Assembly: GCF_009914755.1 (NCBI RefSeq)
Contig: NC_060925.1
Strand: one strand, 5' to 3'
Length of the DNA stretch: 64,000 bases
DNA from: the human T2T-CHM13v2.0 reference genome, Homo sapiens
In this document: piece after piece, positions 48,999 through 64,000 of the stretch
Layout: the number at the start of each line of letters is the position of its first letter
Numbering within the stretch: the stretch's first letter is position 1
The notes under the pieces: model-generated
The model's input: only the letters and a program-made list of their open reading frames with translations
Told to the model about the DNA's origin: nothing
The model's database searches: none
Program-made: the position numbers and the translations under genes

Positions 48999-50340
48999 AT
49001 GCCTGGCATTCAGTTATATCATTCTCAAATTTAAAAATTCTCCAAATCCTCCACTGGAGTTCTTACTGCTTATGAGAGCAAATCTAGCCTTTAAAGAGGC
49101 TTCACATGTAAAAATGGCCCTTTCTGGTTTCATCTTCTGGTACTCTGATACTTCTCATATTCAGCTTCCAGACACCTTCATGCCTTTGTGCTTTTTGTAA
49201 ATTGTATTCCCTCTTTCTCATAGCCCCTCACTCTCAAGTGTCATTTCTGGAAATCTGAATCTCTCAGACAAAGTTAGGGGCTGATTATTCTGTAGAACCC
49301 TATATATACTTTTATTTATATAACCCTATATATACTTTTATTCTAGAAATATGCAAATTGGATTTGTATTTGTTTTCATGTCTCACTAGACTGAAGCTTC
49401 TTGATAGGTCTTTTTCATTTTTGTATATGCAGTCTAATATGGTGCCTAGTATAATAAATGCTTAAAATACATTCATTGAATGGTTTTCCAGTTAGATTAT
49501 ATAACCTTGGATGAGGGTTTATATTATGTTTTGTGTTATTAATTTATTTTGTTTTTATTTGTTTTCTTCGGGCTTTCAATTAAATGCTGTATCCACAGCA
49601 TTTTCTAGACCTGGGGCTTACCTGGCTGTAGGATTAGGACAGTTGTAAAATGACTGATTTTTAGACAGGACTTGCAGGATATAAGCATCAGGCAGTATTT
49701 AAAAATCTGGGAAATTAGCAATAAATGTTATGCAGATCTCATGGGAAAGTGCTGGAAACTAGTGTTAGGTAGGAGTTTTATGCATACAGACTGTAAAATC
49801 AATGTCTCAGCACGAATGAGGGAAAAAGGATCTGGGGATTTGGGTAGGAGGAAGCAGAAAATTGAGAGGGACTGTACTGTGAAAGGCAGGTTTCTCCCTT
49901 GCCCTGGAATAATGGGAGTACTGGATGGGAAACCAAATCAGAATCCTGGATGTTGACCCTTTATTGAAACTTGAAACATAAAGCAGAGGCTTAGTAATAG
50001 TTCAGTATAAGGGAGACTGTTTACTAGAAACCAGCTTTCATGATCATACCATGTAAACTTGATAATGAGACATAACCTTGGTTTTCTTAATATATTACTC
50101 AACTAGAGGTAGATTTATTCCCAGAGTTTGGGGACAATGCCAGGGTAGAACATGTAAGTTCTGTTGTGCACCAAAATAACTTAGTGTAAACACAGGGTAC
50201 TCTAAAGACAGTTCTCAGTAATGAAGGTAATATATGCTGGAACACTACCAGTTGCCAAGATTGTACTTGTTAGTCTAAATTTTCTTGTATTCATGTTGTT
50301 CTTTTTCATCCCTCTCCCCCATTTTTTTTCAAATCTTCAG

Positions 50341-50433
50341 AAACTGTATGAGCTGAATAACCTTCATGCACTTATGGCAGTGGTTTCTGGCCTACAGAGT
50401 GCCCCAATTTTCAGGTTGACTAAAACATGGGCG
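50341..50433 (+). CDS. RALGPS2: RALGPS2 coding exon 6, [31 protein letters not shown]
   Basis: Long pyrimidine tract plus cttcag| acceptor, GCG|gtgagt donor, 93 nt. Carries the CDC25 LNN...LMA..SGL....I.RL.KTW motif. Confidence 0.96.
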
Positions 50434-51571
50434 GTGAGTAATATTCTTTAGTTAATGAAAGGTTAGACTTCCTGTGGAAAGGAAAGATATATTCATTTCC
50501 TTTGTAATTCTTATTAAAGTTAATAAAATGATAATCAATAAGGATTTTTAAATTGCTTTGTACTCTATTCTTTGATACCTACATTTTTTCTCCTTAAGCA
50601 GTGCACTGGGTATAAGGTAATTTTTGGGTACAGCTTGGTGCTTAGTTTTTGCTCCTTAGAGAATCATTTTTGTTGAAACACTTTCAATATCTTTGACAAC
50701 GTAATGTTTAATATTCAACTGATGGAAGGTATGAATACAAAAAAATTGCATTTAATCGTAAAGATTATGCTTTTGGAAAGTTTGAGGCATATCTGAATCA
50801 TAGGTTTCAAAAAAATTTTACTGATTTCAATTTCCATTATTTTTTAGTGAGTAAATCTTAAGTTTTTTCCTTAGGAATAATGGAAAACTAGATGATTAAC
50901 ATGGAATTATTTGCTGTTGCTGCACATGCTGATATTATGTTAATCATATTTGGTTCTATTACTTATATGAGATCAGAGTATGAATTTTGACCTCTGCAAA
51001 TTTGTGTATTTTCATATTTGAGTAACATGATATTGTACTCAATCTTTTCAGGTAGTTTTCATTTATAGTTTATATAAGTAAAATTTTATATTCAATTAAA
51101 TTTATTTATATTCAATACTATTCTTTAATGTTAAAGAGCAACTATTTTGTTTAGAATCGATTACATTTTGTACAAAGGATCAATGTGTTTTTAAGGTTCT
51201 GGGCTAAAATCATGACTGACTTTTTAAAACTTTATTACTAAAATATAACTTTTTAATTAACAAAGTGCTGCTTTTGCTTTTTATAGTATCTGAAGAGACA
51301 GATGTTTCCCATGAAAACCAGTGTAGATTTCTATATTGGAAAAACATTAGTATGGAAAAGCTTGTGATCCTTTTTATGTTTCTCTTTTCTATTTTATAGA
51401 AAAACCTTGGTGTGAAGGGTTTTCTTTAAAAATTCTTTTTAATAATTATGGCCTTATTGTCTTTTCTTAAAATTTGAATTTCATGGAGGAATGGAAATGA
51501 TTATAAATATACAGTTATGAATTATATCTTTAAAGTTTTAGGGAAAAGAATTATACGCTGTGAAAAAAAAA

Positions 51572-51875
<304 letters not shown>

Positions 51876-52049
51876 TAGTAATGAGGTAGATTTTGCTGAA
51901 GTTAATTTTTATTTTCCTTGAATATATTTTCATTGCCTCCCTTATGTATTTTTGTGGAAAATAATAATTTTTATTTGGTAACAGCTTCATTATTTATCTG
52001 AATAAAACTTTTGATGGTTTGTATTTTAAAATATTTCATACTGTGCTAT

Positions 52050-54350
<2,301 letters not shown>

Positions 54351-54389
54351 ATCTATAAATGACAGTAACATAAGTGTTGTAATCTAGGG

Positions 54390-54592
54390 TTCTCTTGTTT
54401 AATATGGTAGCCATTAGCTACATGTGGCTATTACATTTAAATCATTAAAATAAAATAAAATAAAAAATTTAGCTCCTTGATCATACTAGCCACATTGCAA
54501 GTGCTCAGTAGTCACATGTGGCTAGTGGCTATCATATTGGACAGCACAGGCATAGATTTTCACCATCACATAAAATTCTGTTGGACAGCACT
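54390..54592. mobile_element. MER3 (hAT MITE)
   Basis: atggtagcca..cacatgtggcta motifs twice, ending ttggacagcact. Confidence 0.75.
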
Positions 54593-54974
54593 TATCCTAG
54601 TGCCTTCAATTTAATAGAAGCTGGAGGATTTTAGGGAGCAGGGTGAGAGATAATGAGCTGGAAGAAATTGTGAAGAGTAAGGAGCAAAGATTACACCTAA
54701 CCTACCTCCAGGCATATGTTACAAGGTTTATAAGAAAAGAAAGGGAATGCTTAGAGAAAATGTTAAGGATAGGGATTTTGCAGAGGATGGACCATGAATT
54801 CAGGAGGATACAGTTGGAAAGGTTTGGGATGGTTTTGTTTTGTTTTGTTTTAACCGATAAAGGGAATGTACCAAAAAGACAACAACATTCTATGTAGGGA
54901 AAATATTAAGAGCATCAAGGAAAAGGATGCACAATTTCACTGTTGTATTCAACATATAATTGCTATTGTATATG

Positions 54975-55440
54975 TTTTAATGTTCATAACAACATTATTC
55001 ACATAGTCAAAAGGTAGAAACAACCCAAACATCTAACAGTGGATGAATGAATAGACAAAATATAGTTTATACATACAGTGGAATATTCATCTCTCTTTAA
55101 AAGCAATGAAATCTTGATACATGCTGCACCATGAATAAACCTTCAGACATTATGCTAAGTGAAATAAACCAGATACAAAAGAACAAATACTGTATAATTC
55201 CTATAATTCCACTTATATGAGGTACCTAGAGTAATCAAATTCATACAGACAGAATCTAGATTGATGGTTGCCAGGGATGGGGAGAAATGGGATTTGGGAG
55301 TTATTATTTAATGGATATGGAGTTTCATTTTGAGAAGATGAAAAACTTTTGGATATGGATGTTGGTGATATCCTTGAAATGTCCCCCTGAAAATGGTTAA
55401 TTGTATGTTACGTATATATTTTACCACAGTTTTTAAAAAA
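54975..55440 (+). mobile_element. L1MB-type 3' end
   Basis: ORF2 end (ttattcacatagtcaaaaggtagaaacaaccc) and old L1 3'UTR (gaggtacctagagtaatcaaattcat). Confidence 0.7.
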
Positions 55441-56087
55441 TAGGTTTACTTAAAGTGGTTGAATATATGAGCAATACAAAATTGGTTATATTTGAAACAA
55501 GTATTATTTAAAAGGACATCGTTTACAATATCAACAAAAGAAACAAAATATCAAACAATAAGTGGAATAAAATGTGTAAGACCTATATGCAGAAAGTTAT
55601 AAAACTTTACAGGAAGTCATTAACAAAGAACTAAATAGAGGGAGCAATAGCCCATGTTCATGGATAGAACTATTAGAGTTCTAACAGGTTTTTGAAACTG
55701 TAAAATAAACTGAATGTTACTAAATAAATGAATTTAGTAACATTCCAAGATACAAAATTATCTTACAAAAATCAGTTGCATTTCTGTACATTAATAACGA
55801 ACTATCTGAAAAATTAAGTTTAACCAAGGAGGTGAAAAATCTATACACAGAAAACTATAAAACATTAATGAAAGAAATTGAATAAGATACAAATGAATGG
55901 AAGGATATCCTGTGTTTGTGCATTGGAAGAATTCATATTGTTAAAATATCCATACAGCCCAAAGCAATCTACAGATTCAGTGCAGTCACTATCAAAATTT
56001 CAATGACATTTATCACAGAAATAGAAAAAACAATTCTAAAATTCACATGGAATCACAAACATCTCAGAATAGCCAAAGCAATCTTGA

Positions 56088-56423
<336 letters not shown>

Positions 56424-56952
56424 CATACTCTCTGATTTTAAAATACACTGTGAAGCTATAGTAATCAAAATATTGTGGTTAGCATAAAATAGACATGTAG
56501 ACCAATGGACCAAAATAAAGGGCCCAGAAATAAATACACACATTTACAGTCAATTGATCCTCAACAAAGATAACAAGAACACACAATGGGGAAATGGTAG
56601 TTTCTTCAATAAATTGTGTCAGAAAAACTGGATGTCCGCATGCAAAAGAATGAAACTGGACCCTTATCTCATACCATCTGCAAAAATGAACTCAAAATAT
56701 ACTTAGTACTTAAACATGAGACCTGAAACTGTAAAACTACTAGAAGAAAACACACGGGAAAAGCTTCTTGACAGTGGATCTGGACAATAATTTTTTGGCT
56801 ATGACCCCAAAAGTACAAGCAACGAAAGCAAAAATATACAAAATGGGATTGCATCAAACTAAAAAGCTTTTGTACAGCAAAGGAGACAGTCTATGGAATG
56901 GGAGAAGATATTTGCAAATAATACATCTGATAAGGGGTTAATATCCAAAATA

Positions 56953-57279
56953 CAGTCATGCATGGCTTAACAATGAGGATACTTTCGGAGAAATGTGTTG
57001 TTTGGTGATTTTGTTGTTCAGACATCATAGAGTGTAATCACACAAACCTAGATGGCATAGCCTACAATACACCTAGGCTATATGGTACAGCCTATTGCTT
57101 CTAGACTACAAACCTATACACCATGTTACTGTACTGAGTAGGCAGTTATAACACGGTGGTATTTGTATATTTAAACATGGAAACAGCACAGTAAAAAATA
57201 CAGTATTATAATCTTATGGGACCACTGTTGTATATGCAGTTTGTTCTTGACTGACATGTCGTTTTGCAGCACATGACTG
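56953..57279. mobile_element. Tigger3a/Golem-type MITE inserted in an old L1
   Basis: TA|cagtcatg ... catgactg|TA. The L1 ORF2 sequence resumes on both sides (atccaaaata / taaggaactc). Confidence 0.85.
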
Positions 57280-58023
57280 TATAAGGAACTCAGACAATGT
57301 GATAACAAGAAAACAACCCAATTAAAAAATGGGCAAAGGATCTGAATAGACATTTCTCAAAAGAAAACATACACAAGTCCCACAGGTATATCAAAAGGTG
57401 CTCAACATCGCTAATCATCAGGGCAGTGCAAATCAAAACCACATAATATATCATCTCACACCTGTTAGAATAGCTGTTATCAAAAAGCCAAAAGATAACT
57501 AACGAGTTTTGGTAAAGATGTGGAGAAAAGGGAACTGTTGTACAGTGTTGGTGGGAATGTAAATTGGTACAGTCATGGAAAACAGTATGGAGATTCCCCC
57601 AAAAATAATAATAGAACAATTATGTGATCCAGCAATCCCATTTCTGAGTATGTGTCCAGAGAAATTGAAATTGATATGTCAAAGAGATATCTGCACTCCT
57701 ATGTTCGTTGCAGCATTATTCACAATAGCCAGGATATGGAACCAACCTAAATGTCCATCAGCAGATGAATGGATAAAGAAAATGTGGTTTATATACACAA
57801 TGGAATACTATTCAGCCTTACATTTACAACAGCATGGATGAATTTGGAGATCATTATCCTCAGTGAAATAAGCTAGATACAGAAAGACAAATGCTACTGC
57901 ACAATTTCACTTATCTGTGAAATCTTACCAGGCTGAACTCATAGAAGCAAAAAGTAGAAGGATGGTTGCTGAGGGGCAGGGGAAATGTTGGGTCAGTAGG
58001 TACAAAGTTTCAGTTATGTAGAA

Positions 58024-58341
58024 CAGGGGTCCCCAAACCCCGGGCTGCTGACCAGTGCTGGTCCATGGCCTGTTAGGAACCAGGCCACAGCAGGAGGTGG
58101 GCAGCAGGCAAGTGAGCATTACGGCATGAGGTCCATCTCCTGTCAAATCAGTGGCAGCATTAGATTCTCATAGGTACATGAACCCTATTGTGAACTCCGC
58201 ATGTGAAGGATCTAGGTTGTGTGCTCCTTATGAGAATCTAATGCCTGATGATCTGAGGTGGAACAGTTTCATCCCAAAACCTTTCCCCATTCATGTTCAT
58301 GGAAAAATTGTCGCTGGTGCCAAAAAGGTTAGGGACCACTA
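58024..58341 (+). mobile_element. MER1B (hAT-Charlie MITE)
   Basis: caggggtccccaa ... aaaggttagggaccact termini, typical interior, imperfect 8-bp TSD atgtagaa/atggagag. Confidence 0.85.
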
Positions 58342-58456
58342 ATGGAGAGAGAATAAGTTCTGGAGATCTAATGTACAGCATGAGGACTATAGTTGACTAT
58401 AGTTAATAAGACTATGTTGTATACTTGAACTTTTCTGAGAGAGTGGATCTTTTTAA

Positions 58457-58773
58457 ATTTTATTTATTATTTATTTATTTTTATTTTTTTTGAGATGGAG
58501 TCTCGCTCTATCACCCAGGCTGTAGCGCAGTGGCACAATCTTGGCTCACTGCAATCTCCACTTCCCAGGCTCAAGTGATTCTCCTGCCTCAGCCTCCTGA
58601 GTAGCTGGGATTACAGGCGCCCACCATTTTGCCCAGCTAATTTTTATATTTTTAGTAGAGATGGCGTTTTGCCTTGTTGGCCAGGCTGGTCTCGAACTCC
58701 TGACCTCAAGTGATCTGCCTGCCTTGGCCTCCCAAAGTGCTAGGATTACAAGCTTGAGCCACCGTGTCCAGCC
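58457..58773 (-). mobile_element. AluS in the L1MA 3'UTR
   Basis: Full dimer with imperfect TSD gagagtggatctt / aagagtgaatctt. Confidence 0.9.
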
Positions 58774-61700
58774 TAAAAGAGTGAATCTTAAATGTTCTTA
58801 CCATACAAATACATAAGAAGTAACTAACTTTGTGAGATGATGGATATGTTAATTAGCTTGATAGCTTGATAATAATTTCATTATATATGTGTATTAAAAC
58901 ATGTACACCTCAAGTATATGCAATTTAAATTTGTCAGTTATACCCCAGTACTGCTGGTGGAAGATTGATTGTAAAATTTATATGGAAATTTAAAGGTTCA
59001 GGAATAGCTAAAGAAGACAATGGGAATTGGGGAGATAAGCACTTGGCCTAACAGATGTCAGGATATACTAGATTCTTGGACAGTGTATGATTCCTGCAGT
59101 TTTAGACATATCTACCAATGAAACAGAATGAAGAACCCAGAAATACCTCCTTGTTTTTACAGGATTCTGATACGTGTATGACAGAGGTGGCATTGTAAGT
59201 TGGTAAAGAAATGAGGGGCTGTTTATTAATTGGAGCTGCAAAATTGGTCACCAGTTTGGGGGAAAAAATGAAATCAGGCCCCTTGCGCCATTCACAAAAA
59301 TCCTTGTGAGATGACTCAAGGGCTTAAATGTGAAATGAAAAACTTCAGTTTTTTAGAAGGAAAAATATATGTGAATATCTCTCTGGTTTGGCATGAATAG
59401 ATTTCTGGCTTTGGATAAGTAAGGATTTTTTAGATAAGATACAGAAAGCTCCAACAATGAAAAAAATAATAATAAATTTTGTCATGTTAGAGTAAGAATT
59501 TCTGTTCATCAAAAGATACCTTAAAATGGAAAAGAGGATGCAGTGGGCGGAAGATATGTGCAACAGTTAGTTGTCCAACTAGAATGTGTCCAACACAAGA
59601 ATTTGCATCCAGAACTCTTAACAACGAAAAAAGAAAAAAAATAGAAAAATTAACATTATAAATGTATTTTGTAGAGGAGAGGATACACATAGAAGCAGTG
59701 AAAATGAATGAACTATAGCTTCCCACAACTTCATGGATGAAGCTTTAATATCACAATGTTATATGAACAAAGTAATTGCCAAAGACTAAAAATGAAATAA
59801 AAGTTAAAATGGAATAAAATTTGCCAAAAATGAAATAAAATTTGAGGGGAATGATAAACAGAACATTCAGAGTAGTGGTTACTGGTTACCTCTTAAAGGC
59901 AGTCAAGGCAATTGGATGGAAGATGAGTCATGTGTGTTCGTTATAAAGTTTAAATCCATTTAACAAAGCCATACCAGGCTCTAATGATAATTGAGTGTCA
60001 CAAACAAAAGATTATAATTAATCTGCACCCCGGGTCTAAGATAAAGTATTCATTTATGCAGTTGCACACATTCACACATATTGTGTGAAGATACAAACCA
60101 AGGTGATGAGGAATAATCTGGGAGTTTGTGTTTCCTGGGGTGACTGACATGAGCGGGCATTCATCTAGGTTTTCCCCCAAAACAGATTGTGGTGGTAAGG
60201 TGGTGTTAGATATCTGGTCAGGAACATCTAGAATTCTGTGGGTCTCCTCTTTCATTAATATCAATGAAAGTGTGAAGAGGCTTGCCCCCATTTGTCATGC
60301 TCTTGGTGCCAAGGACATGTAGAAGTAGAACACTGTGAAGTATTTTGTCCGCCCCGCCCCCCCCACCCCCAGCGGTTTTTGGAGGGGAAAATACAGTAAA
60401 GAGACTTTTTAAATATAACATTATAAATATCAAAAGAAGATTTGAAAAGAAGAAAGAAAAGGCTTCTCAGTTAATAGAGCTTCTGAGCTATCATTCAGGA
60501 AATACCTATATTAACATCTAATTAGTTCTTTATATTCATATTCTTCCTCTAGTCTTCTGGAAACAAGTCTCTCCTACCACAACTCAGATTGAATTCTATT
60601 TATCTGATTATTGATTTATTATGAAAATTACAAAATCATGTTATAGTTTGTTATAACAGTTCTGTGTTTCAGCTGTGGCAAGATTAGTTACGAGTTCTAA
60701 GTAATTTGTTTCTCCTGGTATTGTACCAAAGTTTTTGAATGATTGACTTAGGGGAAAATAAAGAGCAGGTTTATCATTATCCCTATGTCACATAACTATA
60801 TTTTGCATATCCAGATACTTCCTTAAGTGGTAAAGAGTTAGATATACAGGCAGCAAGCAAACATTTGCACCTAATCTTGAGATTACTAATCAAGTATCTT
60901 GAAAGTGGAGTAAGAGAAAATTGTAAAACCGCTGTTTTAGACCATGGAATATCCATCTAAAACATTAAAGCAAAGGACCCCTTGACGTTGTATTTTAAAG
61001 AGGGAGCGATACTGTTGAGACATTTTTCTAATAGAGATTTTCTGAAGATAGTCTGCATCTTTGAGCCTCTGAACAATAGATCCCAACTGTACTACTTATA
61101 ATACTAGAAAGAGTAGTGGATTAGGTGTCAGAATATTCTTATCTCCAGAACCAGACTATAAGATCCTGAAAAACAAGGACATACATCTTTGTGAGTGAGT
61201 GGGTAACAGAGAGTATTATATTCTGCTGCTTGCTAACCTTGTGATCTCAGTCTCTTCATCTCTAAATTAATACTCATACTTTTTTGTTAATCTCATAGGA
61301 AAATTAGGTGAGACTTACATAGGTGGAAATGTTTTGCATGCTGTAAAACAACACCAATATTTTAATATGAAATAAAGTGAAATCTAATGTAGTAATGAAA
61401 TAGAAACTTCATGTCTAAATAAAAAAAAAAATTTTCCAGTCTTTGGAATGATTTGAAAAACTATTTCCTGAACCTTTTAGTGAACACCATTGTGGGTGAC
61501 TGACTTTGCTTTTTTTTTTTTCAACTCCCCTTGATTATTTACATTGATCTCAAAGGCACTTACTGCAAATCTGCCTCTCAAGTGTCTTACAACAGTATCT
61601 TTTAGTTATGTTGTATGTGATATAGCACTGATCAAAGAGAAGAAAATATCAGAAATCCAAAAATGTAAGGAATTAAAGGATTTTACAGTTATTAGGACTA

Positions 61701-62152
61701 GCCATGACTAGATTTATCAAGAAAAAGTGTTAATCGCAAAATTTGGTGTTTATTTCTTAACATTATGCAAGAATGATGTTTATCTTTGAGGTGGCAAGGG
61801 ACAGTTCATTAAAATACTTGGACATTTGAGCTAAATATGAATGCATAATTTTCTAAAATTAGGAAGGTGATTAATAAAAATTGATTAATTTAAAATAGTA
61901 AACACGAAAATGTTATAATTTATTACTTAGTTAATTTTATGAACATACAAAGGATATCTTATAAATAATGAATTTGGATTATTAATAGACAAATCTGATT
62001 TTGTCTTATTTATATACTACCAAGATATAATTAAAGAAGATATAACTTTGAAATTAAAATCCATATTCACAGTAAATACAACTTCAGTTCAGGTCTTTGC
62101 TACAATAAAATGAGATTTGTAAATAACTTAGGTTTTTCTGTTTGTTTTTTAG

Positions 62153-62279
62153 TTATTAAGTCGAAAAGACAAAACTACCTTTGAAAAATTAGAATATGTA
62201 ATGAGTAAAGAAGATAACTACAAAAGACTCAGAGACTATATAAGTAGCTTAAAGATGACACCTTGCATTCCCTATTTAG
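62153..62279 (+). CDS. RALGPS2: RALGPS2 coding exon 7, [42 protein letters not shown](G)
   Basis: tttttag| acceptor, TAG|gtgagt donor, 127 nt (ends in phase 1). Carries the CDC25 signatures NY...R and PCIPYLG. The gene continues beyond the window. Confidence 0.96.
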
Positions 62280-63494
62280 GTGAGTTATGTCACTGTGTGT
62301 TTTTTGTTTCTAGTTGTTACTCTTCCTTACTCAGTAATTTATGTGAAATTCAAGGTATTTTTTAAATGTTTGTATCTTTTAAATAAATTACTTCAAGATT
62401 GGTAAGCTGAAAAAAATGACTAAAGATAGTTGTTACCCTGTTACCTGGAATGTATTTTCATATTAGATTAGCCTTTTGCCCTCAAGGTTTTTCTTAGACT
62501 ATTATGTTTTCTTAGAGTAGGACCATATAGTAAAACAATATTTTTAGCTGTTTTAGTAATGCTTTTAAAGAATATAATAGTTCGTAATGATGTTTAATAC
62601 ATTAAGGAAATTGATCAAAGTCCTTATATAGTGAGGAGATATTTTAGTGTGAATTCTGAAGTAGTCTCAGTGCATATTGGTATTGTTGTTTACCTGAATG
62701 AAATGAGTTGATTCACTGTGGCAATTTAGCTTCGTGCTGAGACAGTTCTGTATTTCGCATCTCATCTAATTAAGAATTTATCTCTTTATTATATATCTTG
62801 TAGTGCTTATAAATTCAAGAAGTATTTAACCAGTAATATTATAAGATTATTTTTAACAAAATATGAATAATGCTTTGTTAGGTGTTTGAATGAAAAGAAG
62901 ACCCAAATAAGTTGTTCTTTTAAATAGGTATGTAAATCAAACATAAGGAAAATACATGATACATACCTAGCATACATTAAAATGAATTGATTTGATCCTA
63001 TGTAGAGAGTAATCAAATGATGAAGATTTGGTGCTTTCTGGTCCTCCCCACCCCCCAGATTTTGTGTTTGATGAAATTACTCACACTAAATTTCAAGATA
63101 GCTATTTCTGAGAGTGATTACAGTGTCACCTTGAAGTGTTTACAGTCCCAGTGACTAGAAGACAAAGAAGGGACAAAGGCAGTTGATACATGCCCATTTA
63201 GCTACTATAGAACATCAACCTTAGTTTCCCAGAGAAGAGTTTAACTCTTTAGAATATTGTGGGACACCCTAGGATTGCAGAGAATGGGGACCTATTGTGT
63301 ACCTTGTGTTGAAGGCAGAATACCCCTAAGCACAGTAGAGTTAGTGGCCACTGCATCCCAGAATATTTTGTCCTGTTTCTTTGATAAACAGCTTAGGATC
63401 ATAGTAAGCATGACTCTTATCAGAGAGGCTCTAAGCTGGATATTAGGAGAAAGACATTCTGTATGTGCTTTACATTTTTAGGTTGTTGCTGTCA

Positions 63495-63805
63495 TTGTTT
63501 GTTTTGTTTTGTTTTGTTTGTTTTTTGAGACAGCCTCGCTCTGTTTCCTAGGCTGGAGCTCAGAAGTGCGATCGCTGCTTGCTGCAGCCTCTGCCTTCCA
63601 AGTTCAAGTGATTCTCCTGCTTCAGCCTCCCAAGTAGCTGGGATTACAGGCAAGCACCACCACGCCCAGCTAATTTTTGTATTTTTAGTAGAGACAGGGT
63701 TTCGCCATGTTGGCCAGGCTGGTCTTGAACTCCTGGCCTCAAGTGATCCGCCCATCTCAGTCTCCCAAAGTGCTGGGATTGTAGGCATGAGCCATCACAC
63801 CCAGC
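63495..63805 (-). mobile_element. AluS
   Basis: Full dimer with (TTTTG)n tail. Confidence 0.88.
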
Positions 63806-64000
63806 GTGGTGCTCTGTGTTTTACCATAGCCTTGGCTGTGCCCATACTTGCAAATATAATTTGAGGAGAGAAGGAATAGGGAATTTTTCAAAAATAATAC
63901 CTTCACAATTCAGAAGAATGTGTACTTTTTATAGTATGAAGAACATTAGACTGAGAATTGGCAATCCTCAATTCCACAATGACTCTACAGTCCTTATTTT

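Noticed and set aside
50221-50451. 76-aa ORF with a hydrophobic N-terminus
   Set aside because: It is CE6 plus in-frame polypyrimidine tract and intron. The hydrophobic part reflects T-rich intron sequence.
62280-64000. Nested antisense angiopoietin-like gene (I recall ANGPTL1 lying inside a RALGPS2 intron)
   Set aside because: No fibrinogen-like or coiled-coil coding sequence was recognised on the minus strand. If my recollection is right, it lies downstream of this window.

Overview
Human-type genomic DNA (it contains an AluYa5) from the 5' half of RALGPS2, a CDC25-family Ral guanine-nucleotide exchange factor, on the + strand. Seven coding exons (CE1-CE7, 5496-62279) splice through canonical GT-AG sites into a 202-aa N-terminal part containing most of the RasGEF/CDC25 domain. 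The promoter/first exon and the 3' exons lie outside the window. The introns are mostly interspersed repeats: about 30 Alus, two young L1PA fragments, old L1M/L2/MIR, Tigger2/Tigger3/MER DNA transposons and solo LTRs. The most notable observations are: (1) a heavily decayed, Alu-split C2H2 zinc-finger gene fossil on the minus strand that resembles ZFP90; (2) a twin-primed L1 whose inverted 1.7-kb arm forms a ~1.1-kb near-identical inverted repeat with a second L1, bracketing CE2-CE3; (3) a coding exon that begins with a splice-donor consensus (AG|GTAAG), a recursive-splicing candidate; (4) a 133-bp templated copy of a neighbouring Tigger2 segment next to a (GGGA)5 G-quadruplex motif; (5) three uORFs with start/stop overlaps just before the RALGPS2 ATG. 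Gene and repeat-family names come from my recollection of the sequences, not from database searches. Repeat boundaries are approximate unless target-site duplications (TSDs) are given.
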